A stretch of 64,000 nt of DNA from Spongospora subterranea f. sp. subterranea. Its lineage: Eukaryota. How positions within the stretch are numbered: position 1 is the first letter of the stretch; the number at the start of each line of letters is the position of its first letter. Position numbers and translations under genes: made by a program. Location of the stretch: NCBI GenBank assembly GCA_049724395.1, contig JAUGWO010000007.1:1-64000 (forward strand), given 5' to 3'. Under the pieces are notes generated by a model. It searched no databases. It was given only the letters and a program-made list of their open reading frames with translations, and was not told where the DNA came from. This document shows positions 1 to 12,389 of this stretch, one piece after another.

Positions 1-2903
1 CAAATATATATTTAAAGATGTAATATGTATAGGCAACTGTGCATTCGAAGCAATTCGAACGTCAGGAGCAATACCAGACATGACTGTACTGCAATTACGT
101 AGAGACATATGTGACTATGCCAGAGACCCAAACCAGGGAAGAATCATAGCGACAAAAATACTGAATTACGCCGGATCATTACCCAACGTTGAAAATTTTA
201 CTCTTAATGAATATCTTGACATAACGGAACAGGACCGGCAATGGGCTGGATTGTTCGAGTTTACAATAGCAGTGTTTATGTATAAGATCAACATAATCAT
301 AACCAGTCAGGCAACAAAATCTCTGACCACAAATATTCAGAAATGGATAGAATCGTTTTTCCGAAATTACGAGACAGCGTTAATTGGAAGAGTACGATAT
401 ATGTATTGCACCACATGAATGGAAAACCTTCAACACCGATGGGACATAGTAGACTGAATCATTATGGGACGTTATTTCCAATTAATGAAGACACTCTGGG
501 ACTTTATTTCCAATTGATGAAGACACGCTGATCGATAGTGAAAATAACTGACAACGAATCATTGACCAACACAACTGAAACACCAACGACATCATTAAGG
601 ACCAACGAATTACAGCAAAAACTGGAAAAGCTTAGCATTGTCACAAGCGGCACCACCACCAGACGTCCACAACGCTGATAACTAGAGAGAATGAATCAGT
701 TCTACTTTAGACCAATACCATTTGTTGCCTAATAACAAAGTCAACATTTCCAATAACATTGGAAAAAAAGACAATGAACAAACGGACAAAGAAGAAATGA
801 TACAAAAACTTGAAAAGATAAGGACCGCCAAAAAATGGTCTAGCAAAAATGCCTCCACCAAACAAAAAAGACAAATGAAAATAACACAATGTTTTGCGAG
901 GCTTAATGTTGAAGCGAAACAAGTAAAGAATAATAGATATCTAATGATAGCACAATGGAACGCATGTTCATTAAGCGAGGAGAAGGCAACCGAACTGGCA
1001 TTCTTTGCGAATCAACACCTATTAATTGTAATCTGTGTTTCAGAGCTGAAACATCGCCGTAATATTCATGGATTTCCACACTACGAATGTGATGATCGAT
1101 ATACGCAATCAGGAATATTTTGGCGAGAGCAAATCAAAATAGAAAAACTACATCCACCGGCAATTCAATGTTTTGGACAATTCGCTATTACAACACAAAT
1201 TGTGAAAAATATAGGATGAATGATACTGATACACACATATATCCCACCTGATATAGACAGACAAACTAGAAGAGCATATTGGAAGCAGGTCGAAATCTTC
1301 GCAGAAACAAAATCCGAGTCAATTCTCATTACAGGAGACCTAAACACCAGAGATAAGAGATTTGGCTCAAATTATACAGAAAACCACACATACCTAGACG
1401 GAGTACTATAGGAGTTTAGAATTATGAACAATCCTGAAATACCAACCAGAGAGAACAACAAATTAGATGTCACACTGGCAAATTGGAAAATGGCAACCAG
1501 TTTGTGAACTTCAAAGTCCACACAGTATTGAGCAGCGATCATCTTCCTACGACAATTGAAACCAGCATTAGAAGAAAAACGAAAAACAAATTATCGATTG
1601 ATAGAAAAAGAGTCAAAAAACTAGACAACAGATCAACAGCAAAGGCAATAGTTTGACAGCGATCTAAAAACAATCAGATCGTGCTATGGGACTGTCCAAA
1701 TTCACTGCAATGCTACAGCAAAGCATTAAATATCGATACGTTAGAGTGACCAGGTGCAGGCTCTGGAACAAACACCTGAAGGCGGCACTCAAACTAAGAA
1801 ACAAATTCAGACGCAAATTGCTCACAGCGATAAGCTCCAAAACAACCAAAACACAAATTACAAAGAGAAAAGAAGCACCAAACATAGCGGCGATAGAATT
1901 TAGGAAACGATATGTCAAAGCCAAAAACAAACATTTAACAAAAATGGTCAAAACAGCATGTGAGGATAAGACAGGAGCACAAATTTGGAGACTGATAAAA
2001 CAGATCAGCCCACAAACAAACAAACGAAATAAGAAATACGAAACCTTCACCAATAAAGCGAAAGAAGAAGTGGAGAACATCGCCTCGAGATTTGAAGAAA
2101 CCTATAGCTCAACAGATCTCGAACTGACTGAAATCGAAAAATTAGAGCACGAGTTACTACTGGCAAAATTATTGAAAGAAAGATTGGAAAAACCAACAAA
2201 AATATCACTATGACAGGGCTGGAAAGAGCAGTTAAAAAAGCCAACAGCAAATCTGCTGGAGAAATAGACGGAATCCCCAACAGCTTGATTAAACCTGCAC
2301 ACATTACATAATCAAGGACACATTTCTACAAGCAATCAATACCGACATGATTGAGATTGGATTTTTTGCACAAGAAATGAAGATGGCCAAAATACGGCCA
2401 ATACACAAAGCGAAACAAGGAGAATATCGACCGATATCATTATTGCCAAACATAGCAAAGATTGTGGAAGGAATAATTGAACATAGAATAAGACAACTCG
2501 CGAGCGAGCACATACCCGATAACCAATCTGGATGTCGGCCAGCACACAGCGCAACTCATGCATTTTTAAGCCTGCTACATAATGCAGGATTAGCGGCGGA
2601 AAAAGATCAACAATTCGCCATGATAGTATACGACTTCATGATGGCATTCGATAGAGTGCAACGAACACTGCTAATCCAGAAAATGACGAGAATGGGGATA
2701 GATCCATTTCTGATATTATTGATTGATGACTGGCTAACAAACAGAGTATTTGAGGTGAATTATAGAAACACCTCTTCCAAATTACATAGACAGGAGAATG
2801 GTATTCCACAGGGATCCAGTATAACTGTATAAGTGTGTTGCTCTGGATAATCTACATCTATGACGCCCCTATAGAGACGAATAACAGTAATGTGTATGTG
2901 GAT
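1..2903 (+). mobile_element. Degraded non-LTR retrotransposon (LINE) with APE endonuclease and RT; 3' part cut off by the Gypsy LTR
   Basis: A-rich strand. APE motifs IAQWNACSL, VICVSELK, ILITGDLN, LDVTL and SSDHLP (945-1550). RT motifs GEIDGIP, YRPISLL, QSGCR, DFMMAFDRV, GIPQGS, then ...YVD ending at 2903 where the LTR starts. Several stops and frameshifts. Confidence 0.9.
2..531 (+). pseudogene. OTU-like cysteine protease domain in the LINE 5' ORF (frameshifted, 5' partial)
   Basis: Frame 2 from base 2 reads ...VICIGNCAFEAI...LRRDICDY...EYLDITEQDRQWAGLFEFTIAVFMYKINIII. After a frameshift it reads ...LNHYGTL. This fits the OTU GNC/WG-E/HY pattern. Confidence 0.65.
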
Positions 2904-3107
2904 TGTAATCCGTCCGTGTGAGGATTGTGCGCTTCGATTTTAAGGCCGATCGGAGAATTGAATACCTCGATTTAAGGGCGATTGGAGAATTGAATACCTC
3001 GATTTACGGGCGGTCGTAGGATTAAATAAAGGACACTTTGCATTTGAGCTGCTATCGGAAGGTTAACTCGAGTGTAGTTGTCGAGCGATTGAGCCGAAGT
3101 CGCTACA
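2904..3107 (+). repeat. 5' LTR
   Basis: TGTAATCCGTCC...GTCGCTACA, identical by eye to 7730-7933. Contains an internal ~32-bp tandem duplication (CGATTT..GG.CGAT.GGAGAATTGAATACCT) and AATAAA. Confidence 0.97.
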
Positions 3108-3138
3108 GAACGTTCTAAGCTCATACTGAGGCTTAAGG

Positions 3139-6100
3139 ATGGCACGAAGAGGTGGTGTGAAGAATCCCATGTTCGAACCGATCGAGGCGCCAAACTTGAC
3201 GTCATTGGTGCCGAAAGATGTGGCTGAATTCTTCCACCAAAGGAAGCAGTATATCAGGAAAATCCAAGAAAGACGGACGACGCACAACGAAAGAATCAAT
3301 GCGACGAGTTTGCTACTGTCGATTGAACCGAAGCTATTACAAGTCATCTGCGAATTACGTATTCGAGATGTACCAGAAGACCAAGTGACTGACGATCACC
3401 TTGAGCTCTATCTGAAGAAGCTTCTGAAGCCTAAAGATGCTGTTTATGACATTGAGCAGATCGTTAGGGAGCAGCTGAAGTACGATATATCCATATCTGA
3501 TGCCGATGCAAGACTGATGAAGTTGTTTATGGAATTCAATGAGATCGTCGAGAAGGAGGCTTTAGCCGAAATGTTCATGGATGAAGCCGGGATGAAAATG
3601 AAAGCTAAGCTAATCATCGAAGCTCTGCGGCCTGAGGCGGTGCGAAGGATGGCGACGAACGCGCTGAAGTTCAACCATCGAGAAGCTCGCAAAGACTGCA
3701 GAAAGTTGTTCGACGTACTTCTAAGAATCGTTACAAACCAGGACGAGGTTCATCGGGCATCGCATCCACACGGTGGCGAACGCCACATAAAAGGCGATCA
3801 GGAGAAACAGGACAAGAAGTCTAACGGTCATGAACCCGCTAGGGTGACCAACAGAGAGGCTTCACACAATGGCACGAGCAAATATTGGAAGGGTTCATGG
3901 AAGCCAAGGACAGAGAAGCCTACTGATGGATGTCTGAAATGTGGAGGCGGCCATTGGCTTTCTGAATGCCAGCAGAGAATCACCAAGGAAGAGCGGGAAA
4001 AGTTAATCGCCGAATTCAAGAACAAGAAGGCGTTGGGCAAGGTGGAGACTCGAGCGAAGAAAGTTACGCGTCGAGAAGAAGAAGAAACAGTCGGGATTTT
4101 TGGACAAGGGTGCCAGTATCCAACTCAACTTGATAGCGGGGCGGATCGTACATATATTCCAGGGTCGTTGCTGAAGGAGATTCAACGCAAGAATCCTAAA
4201 GTGCAGCTCGTCCATCAAGTGATCAAGGTTCAGTTCGCGGCGAAACGGGCCAGCTGTGATGGAATTGCGCCGATTGTCAGGGGATTCGTTGATATCCCTG
4301 TCACTATCGGGACGGCGGTTGGAGACATCACACTGCCACTAGTGCGATGCTGGGTTATGGATGCAGAGATGGAAACTGTTTTAATTGGAAAGCCGGAGCT
4401 TACCTGTCTGGGGATCGATCCGACGACAGCGCTTGAGAAGTTGATCCGACATCAAACTGAGGATAGCGAAGCTGAAAGCTACGCCGCCGCAAAGATATTA
4501 ATTGCAGCAAATGACGATATGAAGGCTGACCACACTGGAGAAGGCTCCGAGGATCTCGAGGATGCGAAGCGAGATATGATTAGACGGACCGTTGGGAATG
4601 GCGCCGATGACGCGACAATGGAAGCTCTGAAGGCAATCATTGATCAAGTTCCCGATCTGTTTCGAGTTCGTTTGGGAGCCGACCCTCCGGCCAATGTCAG
4701 ACCGATGAGAATCCATCTTAAGGAAGGGTCACGGCCGCGAAGATGCAAGCCGAGACGATACCCTCCTAGTCACTCTGACTTTCTACGTGAATTTGTGAAG
4801 GAACTGGAGACTAACGGTTATGTTTATAGAAACATCCGATCAAGATACACGTCACCAGTGCTGGTTGTCCCGAAACCTAACAATCGTGGATACCGAATGA
4901 CGGTGGACCTCCGAGGAATCAATGCAGACACCGAACCTGTAGCCTGGCCGATGCCGTCATTGGAAATCGTGATGGGGCGACTAGCCGGGGCCAGTTACTT
5001 CGCAACGCTGGACGCTTACAAAGGGTATTGGCAGTTCCCTCTGGCAGAAGAATCACAGGAGCTACTGTCATTTATGACTGATGAAGGCGTCTACACACCG
5101 ACTAGAGTGGTTCAGGGAGCCACAGATGCTGTCGCATGCTTCCAAGCGGGGATGCAGGAGGCACTTGGTGACTATCTTTATAAGAACACTCTGTTGTGGA
5201 TCGATGACTTGTTAATTTTTGCACCTACTGTTCAAGAGTTGCTTGAAAATTTACGACTGGTTTTAAGCGTTTGGACTTATTCGGGATCAAGTTGAATGCA
5301 CGTCGCTGTGATTTATTTAACCGGGAAGTCCATTGGTGTGGGCGAATTATCTCTGGTACAGGCATTCGATTCGACCCTAAGCTGGTTGAATCGTTGAGAA
5401 ATATGGAGGAGCCGCAGAACGCTGGAGAACTACAGCAGTTTATTTGTGCATTAGGATGGCTCCGAGTCGCCATTCCTGAGTTTACGAAGCATATCCACCT
5501 TTCTTACAAGAAGCGAAAAATGAAGCTATGAAGATCGCTGGGTCTAGTAAGAGGAATGTGATGAACAAGGTCAAACTATCGGAGATAGGATGGGATGAGC
5601 GGCATCGACACAGCTTCCAACACGCAAAAGAGGTTGTGGCCAACGTTGTGGAGCTGGCGCATCCAGATGCCGACAAACCGTTCTGTTTATTTACTGACGC
5701 TAGCGACCAACATTGGGCCGTCGTGCTGACACAAGTGCCGGAAGAGGATATTGGCCTGGAGGATATTAGTCAACTGCGACATGCGCCATTGGTTTTTCTT
5801 AGCGGTACATTTAAAGGGGCGTCCCTCCAGTGGTCGACGATTGAGAAAGAGGCATTTCCAATCATCGAGGCGGTTGGGCGTTTGAGACATTTTCTGTTAA
5901 GAGAGAAAGGATTCGTGATATTCACGGATCATCGAAACCTAGTGTATATCTTGGACCCGTCGGAAAGGGCAAGCGAGAAGCGAAGGCACGTTTGCGACAG
6001 GCTTGAGCGGTGGGCCACCAAACTTTTAGCTTACAAGTATAGCATTCGTCATATTTCAGGATCTGACAACGTATGGGCTGATCTACTAACGCGATGGGCA

Positions 6101-7747
6101 CAACATGCGGAGACGGAAGGCCGAGCCGCTGCTATTGGAGATGTTTCAATCAATCAAAGGGTTCGACCTTTGCATGCGACTACGTTTGTCTGGCCCGATC
6201 TGGGCGAAATTACGGCGATTCAGAACGCGTACAAGGAGCATATTTTCAGCGATACCATGAAAGACGGTGTACATGCCGATAATGATGATGTCTTCAAGAC
6301 CGGGGAAGGGAAGATTTGGATTCCATCAGAAGAGTTGGCAGTGAGGATTATGATCATTGCCCACAGCAGCAGCGCAGGACATCGAGGAGTCGAGGCGACA
6401 TTAGAAGCCGTGAAAGCAAGGTTCTGGTGGAAAAACATGAGAAACGATATCCTGAAATTTGTACGGGAGTGCTTACATTGTGAAGCGAACAAAGGAACTG
6501 TAATACCAAGGCCATTTGGGGAAGCATTACATGCAGACCGACCTAATAAGCTGTTACACTACGATTTTCTTTTCATGGACAAGATGAAGGCTAAGGGCGA
6601 GAATCCGTATATCTATATTCTAGTTGTTCAAGATGATTTTTCGTCCTATCGGGAATTATTTCCAGCCAAGAATGCAGATCATCGTGTTGTGGTGAACGCG
6701 TTGCTATCCTGGTTTAGCAGATTCGGGGTCGTTCATCAGACTGTCAGTGACCAGGGAGCACATTTTAAAAACGAGGTCATGAAGGAGTTGAATACAAGAC
6801 TGAACACGAAGCATCACTTCACTACGGCGTACGTTCCATGGGCGAATGGGACAGTAGAACGAGTCAATCGCGATTTACTGTTCGTGGTGCGAGCGTTGTT
6901 ATCTGAGTTGCGACTACAATCTGGAGACTGGCCTGACCTGTTGCCACTGGTGCAGATGTCGTTGAATCATACTGCGAGCCAGAGGTTTGGACGATTTGCG
7001 CCGATCACGGTTTTTACAGGATTGCCTGCCAGCAGTCCTTTAGATGCTATATATTCGAATCGAAGTCAGACGGTCGTGGAGAATCGACTAGATGCTGAAA
7101 AAATCAAATCTATGACCGATGGATTACGAAGGTCATTGGACGAGATACGAAGGTCATTGGACGAGATTCACAAAGCCGTAAAAAGGTCGACAGATAAGAA
7201 ACGGCAACTTGAAAGGGATCGGAGGTTGAGGAAAGGAAATGTCGTAAAGATTAACTTTGACAAAGGCGATTATGTCCTGATCTCAAGAGAAATTGAGAGA
7301 CGTCTAGGGAAGTTACAGACGAAGTGGCGAGGACCCGCGAGAATCGTGAACATCCTGAGTGATTGGATTTACGAGGTCGAGGATCTGGTGACACATGATA
7401 GACGTGAAGTGCATGCCAGTCGAATGAAATTTTATTCGGACGCAAGCCTGAATGTTGATGCAGATTTATATGACCAGTGCGCTCATGATTCTGCTGGGTA
7501 TGAGGTCGCCGAGTTCTTGGGCTTACGGAAGCATGCCGACGTCTGGGAGATCAAGGTACGATGGCGTGGTTGGGCGGACGGCGACGAAACTTGGGAACCT
7601 CTCAAAAACATGTTGGAAGACGTACCAGCTATGACAGAGCGGTGGCTCAAGGCTGCGAAAACGAGAACCGCGCGAGAAGCCGCGCGCGACCTGGGGATTC
7701 CCGTCCAAGGCTTCAAGTGGAGGGGGAAGTGTAATCCGTCCGTGTGA
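3139..7747 (+). CDS. Gag-Pol polyprotein with two frameshifts (~5265 and ~5500)
   Basis: Zn knuckle CLKCGGGHWLSEC; protease LDSGAD; RT GYWQ and WIDDLL; RNase H FTDASD, EKEAF and TDHRNL; integrase H-H-C-C, LHYDF, SDQGAHF and GTVERVN; chromodomain YEVAEFLG...VRWRGW...TWEP. In-frame 21-nt duplication (RRSLDEI x2) at ~7126-7167. Confidence 0.93.
7719..7729 (+). promoter_or_regulatory. Polypurine tract
   Basis: GGAGGGGGAAG immediately 5' of the 3' LTR. Confidence 0.85.
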
Positions 7748-7933
7748 GGATTGTGCGCTTCGATTTTAAGGCCGATCGGAGAATTGAATACCTCGATTTA
7801 AGGGCGATTGGAGAATTGAATACCTCGATTTACGGGCGGTCGTAGGATTAAATAAAGGACACTTTGCATTTGAGCTGCTATCGGAAGGTTAACTCGAGTG
7901 TAGTTGTCGAGCGATTGAGCCGAAGTCGCTACA
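7730..7933 (+). repeat. 3' LTR
   Basis: Direct repeat of 2904-3107. Confidence 0.97.
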
Positions 7934-8364
7934 AGTGCCTGCTGGATAGCTGATCGGAACCCAGCACCTTCCACAATCTGAAATGGCCTTAGATCAGTAC
8001 AGCACATCAATGCCAACATGGAAGTCATTGTCTTTTTTTGCTGTGTAGTGACGCGAGAATTCGAGGACGATGACTTGATCATAGAGCGAATATCCTGTTG
8101 TGCACTGGATTCGGGCTTAGAACAGATGTGTCGATTCAACGATGACGAGCCGGTGCGCGTGTGATGATATGCGTATACTTGTTGACAGGACAGGCACGCT
8201 ACGGCTATCGAATCGGGTTCGAGACGTACGGCCGATAGGTCCGACTTGGCAACAACCTCACCAAACTGTTTCCAGCAGTCGGCTCGTTTTTTGCTCTTGA
8301 CGATCATATATTGGCATTCGCTTTCTTCAGAAGCCAGTAGCTTTTCCAGTTCCTCTCTCAGCAT
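7934..8364 (-). pseudogene. hAT transposase N-terminus (BED zinc finger and Hermes-type DNA-binding domain)
   Basis: CWKQF...VACLSC...TGSSSLNRHIC and MCCTDLRPFQIVEGAGF. The frame runs into the LTR at 7933. Confidence 0.88.
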
Positions 8365-8830
8365 GGCCAGCTGCAGAAAACCCTAACAGGACACGGATTT
8401 TATAGAAATGATTAAGAATGATAGGATAGGTCCGATTGGATAGGATGCCCTCATTGACTAATGACTAGTCCGCACAGTCGCACACGCACGCACAGACTCC
8501 GCGACCGCATTCCGTACTCCGGAGAAGCGGCCGAACGGCGAACGGTGATTCACTGAACAGTGACAGTGAACACTTTACACTATGTAAAAATTGTACTACT
8601 AGTCTACTACTATATATCATATATTGTACACTATAATGTATATATAAAACCGGGTTGAGCCACCTCAAACTGGACCCAACCCGGCCCGGGATGCCCTCAA
8701 AACCACCAACCCGAACCCAACCCGGAACCCGGTTTGCTGAAAAAGGCCAACCCGGAACCCAACCCAACCCGGACCGGGCCGGGTTGGGTCAGGGTTGACC
8801 CGGGTCACCGGGGCCCGGTGCTCACCTCTG
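7934..8830 (-). mobile_element. 5' end of a hAT (Hermes/hobo-like) DNA transposon, truncated by the LTR
   Basis: Minus-strand terminus CAGAGGTGAGCACCGG at 8830. Dense AACCCG/CCGG subterminal repeats at 8645-8820. Transposase N-terminus follows. Confidence 0.85.
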
Positions 8831-10083
8831 CAACATGACTGGGATACTCGACTGACAATGTATGGCCATAGGGCATTACAACATGACTGGGATACTCGAC
8901 TGACAATGTATGGCCATAGGGCATCACAACATGACTGGGATACTCGACTGACAATGTATGGCCATAGGGCATTACAACATGACTGGGATACTCGACTGAC
9001 AATGTATGGCAATAGGGCATTACAACATGACTGGGATACTCGACTGACAATGTATGGCAATAGGGCATTACAACATGACTGGGATACTCGACTGACAATG
9101 TATGGCCATAGGGCATGACAACATGACTGGGATACTCGACTGACAATGTATGGCCATAGGGCATTACAACATGACTGGGATACTCGACTGACAATGTATG
9201 GCCATAGGGCATTACAACATGACTGGGATACTCGACTGACAATGTATGGCAATAGGGCATTACAACATGACTGGGATACTCGACTGACAATGTATGGCAA
9301 TAGGGCATTACAACATGACTGGGATACTCGACTGACAATGTATGGCAATAGGGCATTACAACATGACTGGGATACTCGACTGACAATGTATGGCCATAGG
9401 GCATTACAACATGACTGGGATACTCGACTGACAATGTATGGCCATAGGGCATTACAACATGACTGGGATACTCGACTGACAATGTATGGCCATAGGGCAT
9501 TACAACATGACTGGGATACTCGACTGACAATGATAGGGCATTACAACATGACTGGGATACTCGACTGACAATGTATGGCCATAGGGCATTACAACATGAC
9601 TGGGATACTCGACTGACAACAATGTATGGCAATAGGGCATTACAACATGACTGGGATACTCGACTGACAATACAACATGACTGGGATACTCGACTGACAA
9701 TGTATGGCCATAGGGCATTACAACATGACTGGGATATCGACTGACAATGTATGGCCATAGGGCATTACAACATGACTGGGATACTCGACTGACAATGTAT
9801 GGCCATAGGGCATTACAACATGACTGGGATACTCGACTGACAATGTATGGCAATAGGGCATTACAACATGACTGGGATACTCGACTGACAATGTATGGCC
9901 ATAGGGCATTACAACATGACTGGGATACTCGACTGACAATGTATGGCCATGGGCACTCGACTGACAATGTATGGCCATAGGGCATTACAACATGACTGGG
10001 GGCCATAGGGCATTACAACATGACTGGGATACTCGACTGACAATGTATGGCCATAGGGCATTACAACATGACTGGGATACTGA
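8831..10083. repeat. 48-bp tandem repeat array, ~26 units
   Basis: Unit CAACATGACTGGGATACTCGACTGACAATGTATGGCCATAGGGCATTA, head to tail with no spacers. GGCC/GGCA variants occur, and deletions accumulate toward the right end. Confidence 0.98.
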
Positions 10084-10180
10084 CTCAGTGGCCGGGGATC
10101 AGGGTGTGCCATTTCTAGCGATGAGGGGCGTCTCGGACTTAAACTGATTGTCATTCTTCTATCTTGTCTCTTACCATCAA

Positions 10181-12375
10181 ATGACGACAGAAGCCGATGA
10201 AGAAACAATGGCGCAACTGGTCAATCTCAGCTTTGATATGATTACATCTTACCAATCTGCAACGGCACAAGTTGCGGATGCGACGCAGATCAGAGAAATC
10301 TGCAGATGTGCTGCTGTTAGCGGGATACATCTGTCGGAGTCTGCCTTTGACATCCTGTATAAGCGTGTGGTTGACAAGCTGCGTCCTCGCCGTTCCAAAG
10401 GCGATTTATTCAAGCTAGGTCCTTTTGTCAAGCAGGCATCAATAGAGGCCATCAATTACTCTCAACAGATACCTGGAAATATTGATGTCTATCGTGCCGT
10501 ACTTCTATCCGAGTACGGTATCGTCCATGATCGAGTGTTTCGGGAACATGATCTATATTCCATGATGGACATGAAACACGATGTACCTGCTTTGATTGAC
10601 GATCTTCTCAGCAAGGTCGATCATCCTGTCGTTGAAGACCTGTCTCACATTGATATTGGAGCATTATTCGATCATTCCAATGATGAGTCCAGATGGATCT
10701 TGGCCGTCAATCTCGTAAAGTATTTCGACATTTCCGTATTTGGGAAACCGGAAATACAATATCACGCCAGGTTATGGGATCCTCTCCTACGAGCATGTAT
10801 GTGTGCATTCTTACCGTCCAACATTGCATGTGAACTCGAGTTTCCTCTACACAAGGCACTTGTTGATTACCCTGTCCAGCATTATATTGATCTCGTCTTT
10901 AGGGTCAGGGGTCAAGACACCAAAGCGCATTCCATTCCCTTTCTGTTTGTTGAAATTTCTGCCCACCAGGTTGAAACTGGCGATCACAAAGACTTCCGAA
11001 AGATGGCAACCGACATGGCTTCAGCAATGATCGCATTATTTGGTGTCACCCGTGATTTGCCACTTCAAGAAAAAGCCAAATTACGTGTGTATGGGCTTTA
11101 TATTGGCGGAACACAGTTCGTACCCTGTGTTATTGTTCCGTTAATCCAATCTGAAGGCGTGTCAATGATTTTTTACTCGAATCGGGAGTGGACGTATAAC
11201 CTAGCGATGGGGTCCTCTCCGTCAAACAATATCACCGACGAGGCAGCGCCCGAAATTGACATTGATGTGTCAGATATCTTCGCTCTAGCTGATACGATGG
11301 ACATCCGCGCTGCTAATAAGGCTGCGATCGCGGCGGCGAAGAGAGCCCATTCAATTTCGTTCCAACATGTTTCATATCAAGACATCGAAGAATCACTAAC
11401 ACCACTGTGGCAGTTTTGTAAGACTGTTCGCCAGTATGCATTTGAGACGCATTCGAACATCTTGACGTCTGGTGGTGACAACGACATGTTCTCATACCCG
11501 AAAACGTTTCGGAATCCTCCATCATCCAGACCAACACATTCATCTAGGACTCCGCAAAAGGACCCATCGAACCGACCTCGCAAGTTGCCGAGGGTGTCGG
11601 GGCCATCAGACAGTGAAAGGACGTCGTTGATCAACATGAAACTGCCCGACGGAGCCTCAGTGGTTGGTAAAGCAGAAGCCCAAGAGCACACTGCAAGAAG
11701 CGCGTTTGCTTTTGCTGGCACAAGGGCCCGGCATCGTCGTCCTTCATGATTGGCACGAATTGCAGCCTCGAGGCGTTGTTCTCACTGAAGAAATGCTGGC
11801 AGATGTACTTGTGGAAGGTTTATCGGTCAAGGAATTGGGTCTGTTGGCGATCCGATTGATGGTCGATGGTCTTGGTGCTCTCGATACTCTTTCTCGTGCT
11901 GACGTTGTCCATCGTGATATCTCACCAAATAACCTATTGTATTCTCTGTCTGCTCAGGCGTGGCGCTTAACTGATTTTGATTGTGCATCGAGTGGACCTG
12001 GAATCGCACACAGAGTGTTTGGGACTGACGGGTACATTGCCCCCGAATCGCTCACATCGCTATCGTACTCGCGCGAATCGGATATTTGGAGCTTCGGTAT
12101 GACAGCGAGGTTCTACTTGTTTCAAATCGAGGACGTGTACAGCAACATGTCTGAATATGATAGTGATTTGGGGGATCTACTGGCATTGCTGCAAGGCGCG
12201 ACCTGTTTTCTCATGTCCCGAACGTCCTGGTGATCGTCATTTGCCGCAATCATTGCGTCAGTTATTGTCAACACGACATTCGGAATGGAACATTGCTGTT
12301 CATAACATTGATAACCGGGTCATTGAGCCTCGCGATTTCTCATCTGACATCCCTGTCATATCAGGAGAAGCTTAG
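10181..12375 (+). pseudogene. PD-(D/E)XK-nuclease-like domain fused to a Ser/Thr protein kinase (frameshifts ~11665 and ~12220)
   Basis: N-half: E-IQYHARLWDPLL, YIDLVF, FLFVEIS, DHKDFRKMATDM and LRVYGLYIGG (restriction-endonuclease-fold pattern). C-half: VKQK, QEARLL, VHRDISPNNLL, LTDFD, FGTDGYIAPE, SDIWSFG and PERP. No introns seen. Confidence 0.75.
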
Positions 12376-12389
12376 CCACAATACATTTC

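Larger units (their letters stand above)
2904..7933 (+). mobile_element. Full-length Ty3/Gypsy LTR retrotransposon with chromodomain (chromovirus-like)
   Basis: Two direct 204-bp LTRs (TG...CA), gag-pol with domain order PR-RT-RH-IN-chromo, and a polypurine tract before the 3' LTR. Confidence 0.97.

Noticed and set aside
8831..10083. CRISPR array
   Set aside because: Units are head-to-tail with no unique spacers, there are no cas genes, and the context is eukaryotic.
8665..10208. Repetitive-protein ORFs (e.g. LQHDWDTRLTMYGHRA repeats)
   Set aside because: These are a by-product of a 48-bp unit open in several frames on both strands, and indels break the frames.
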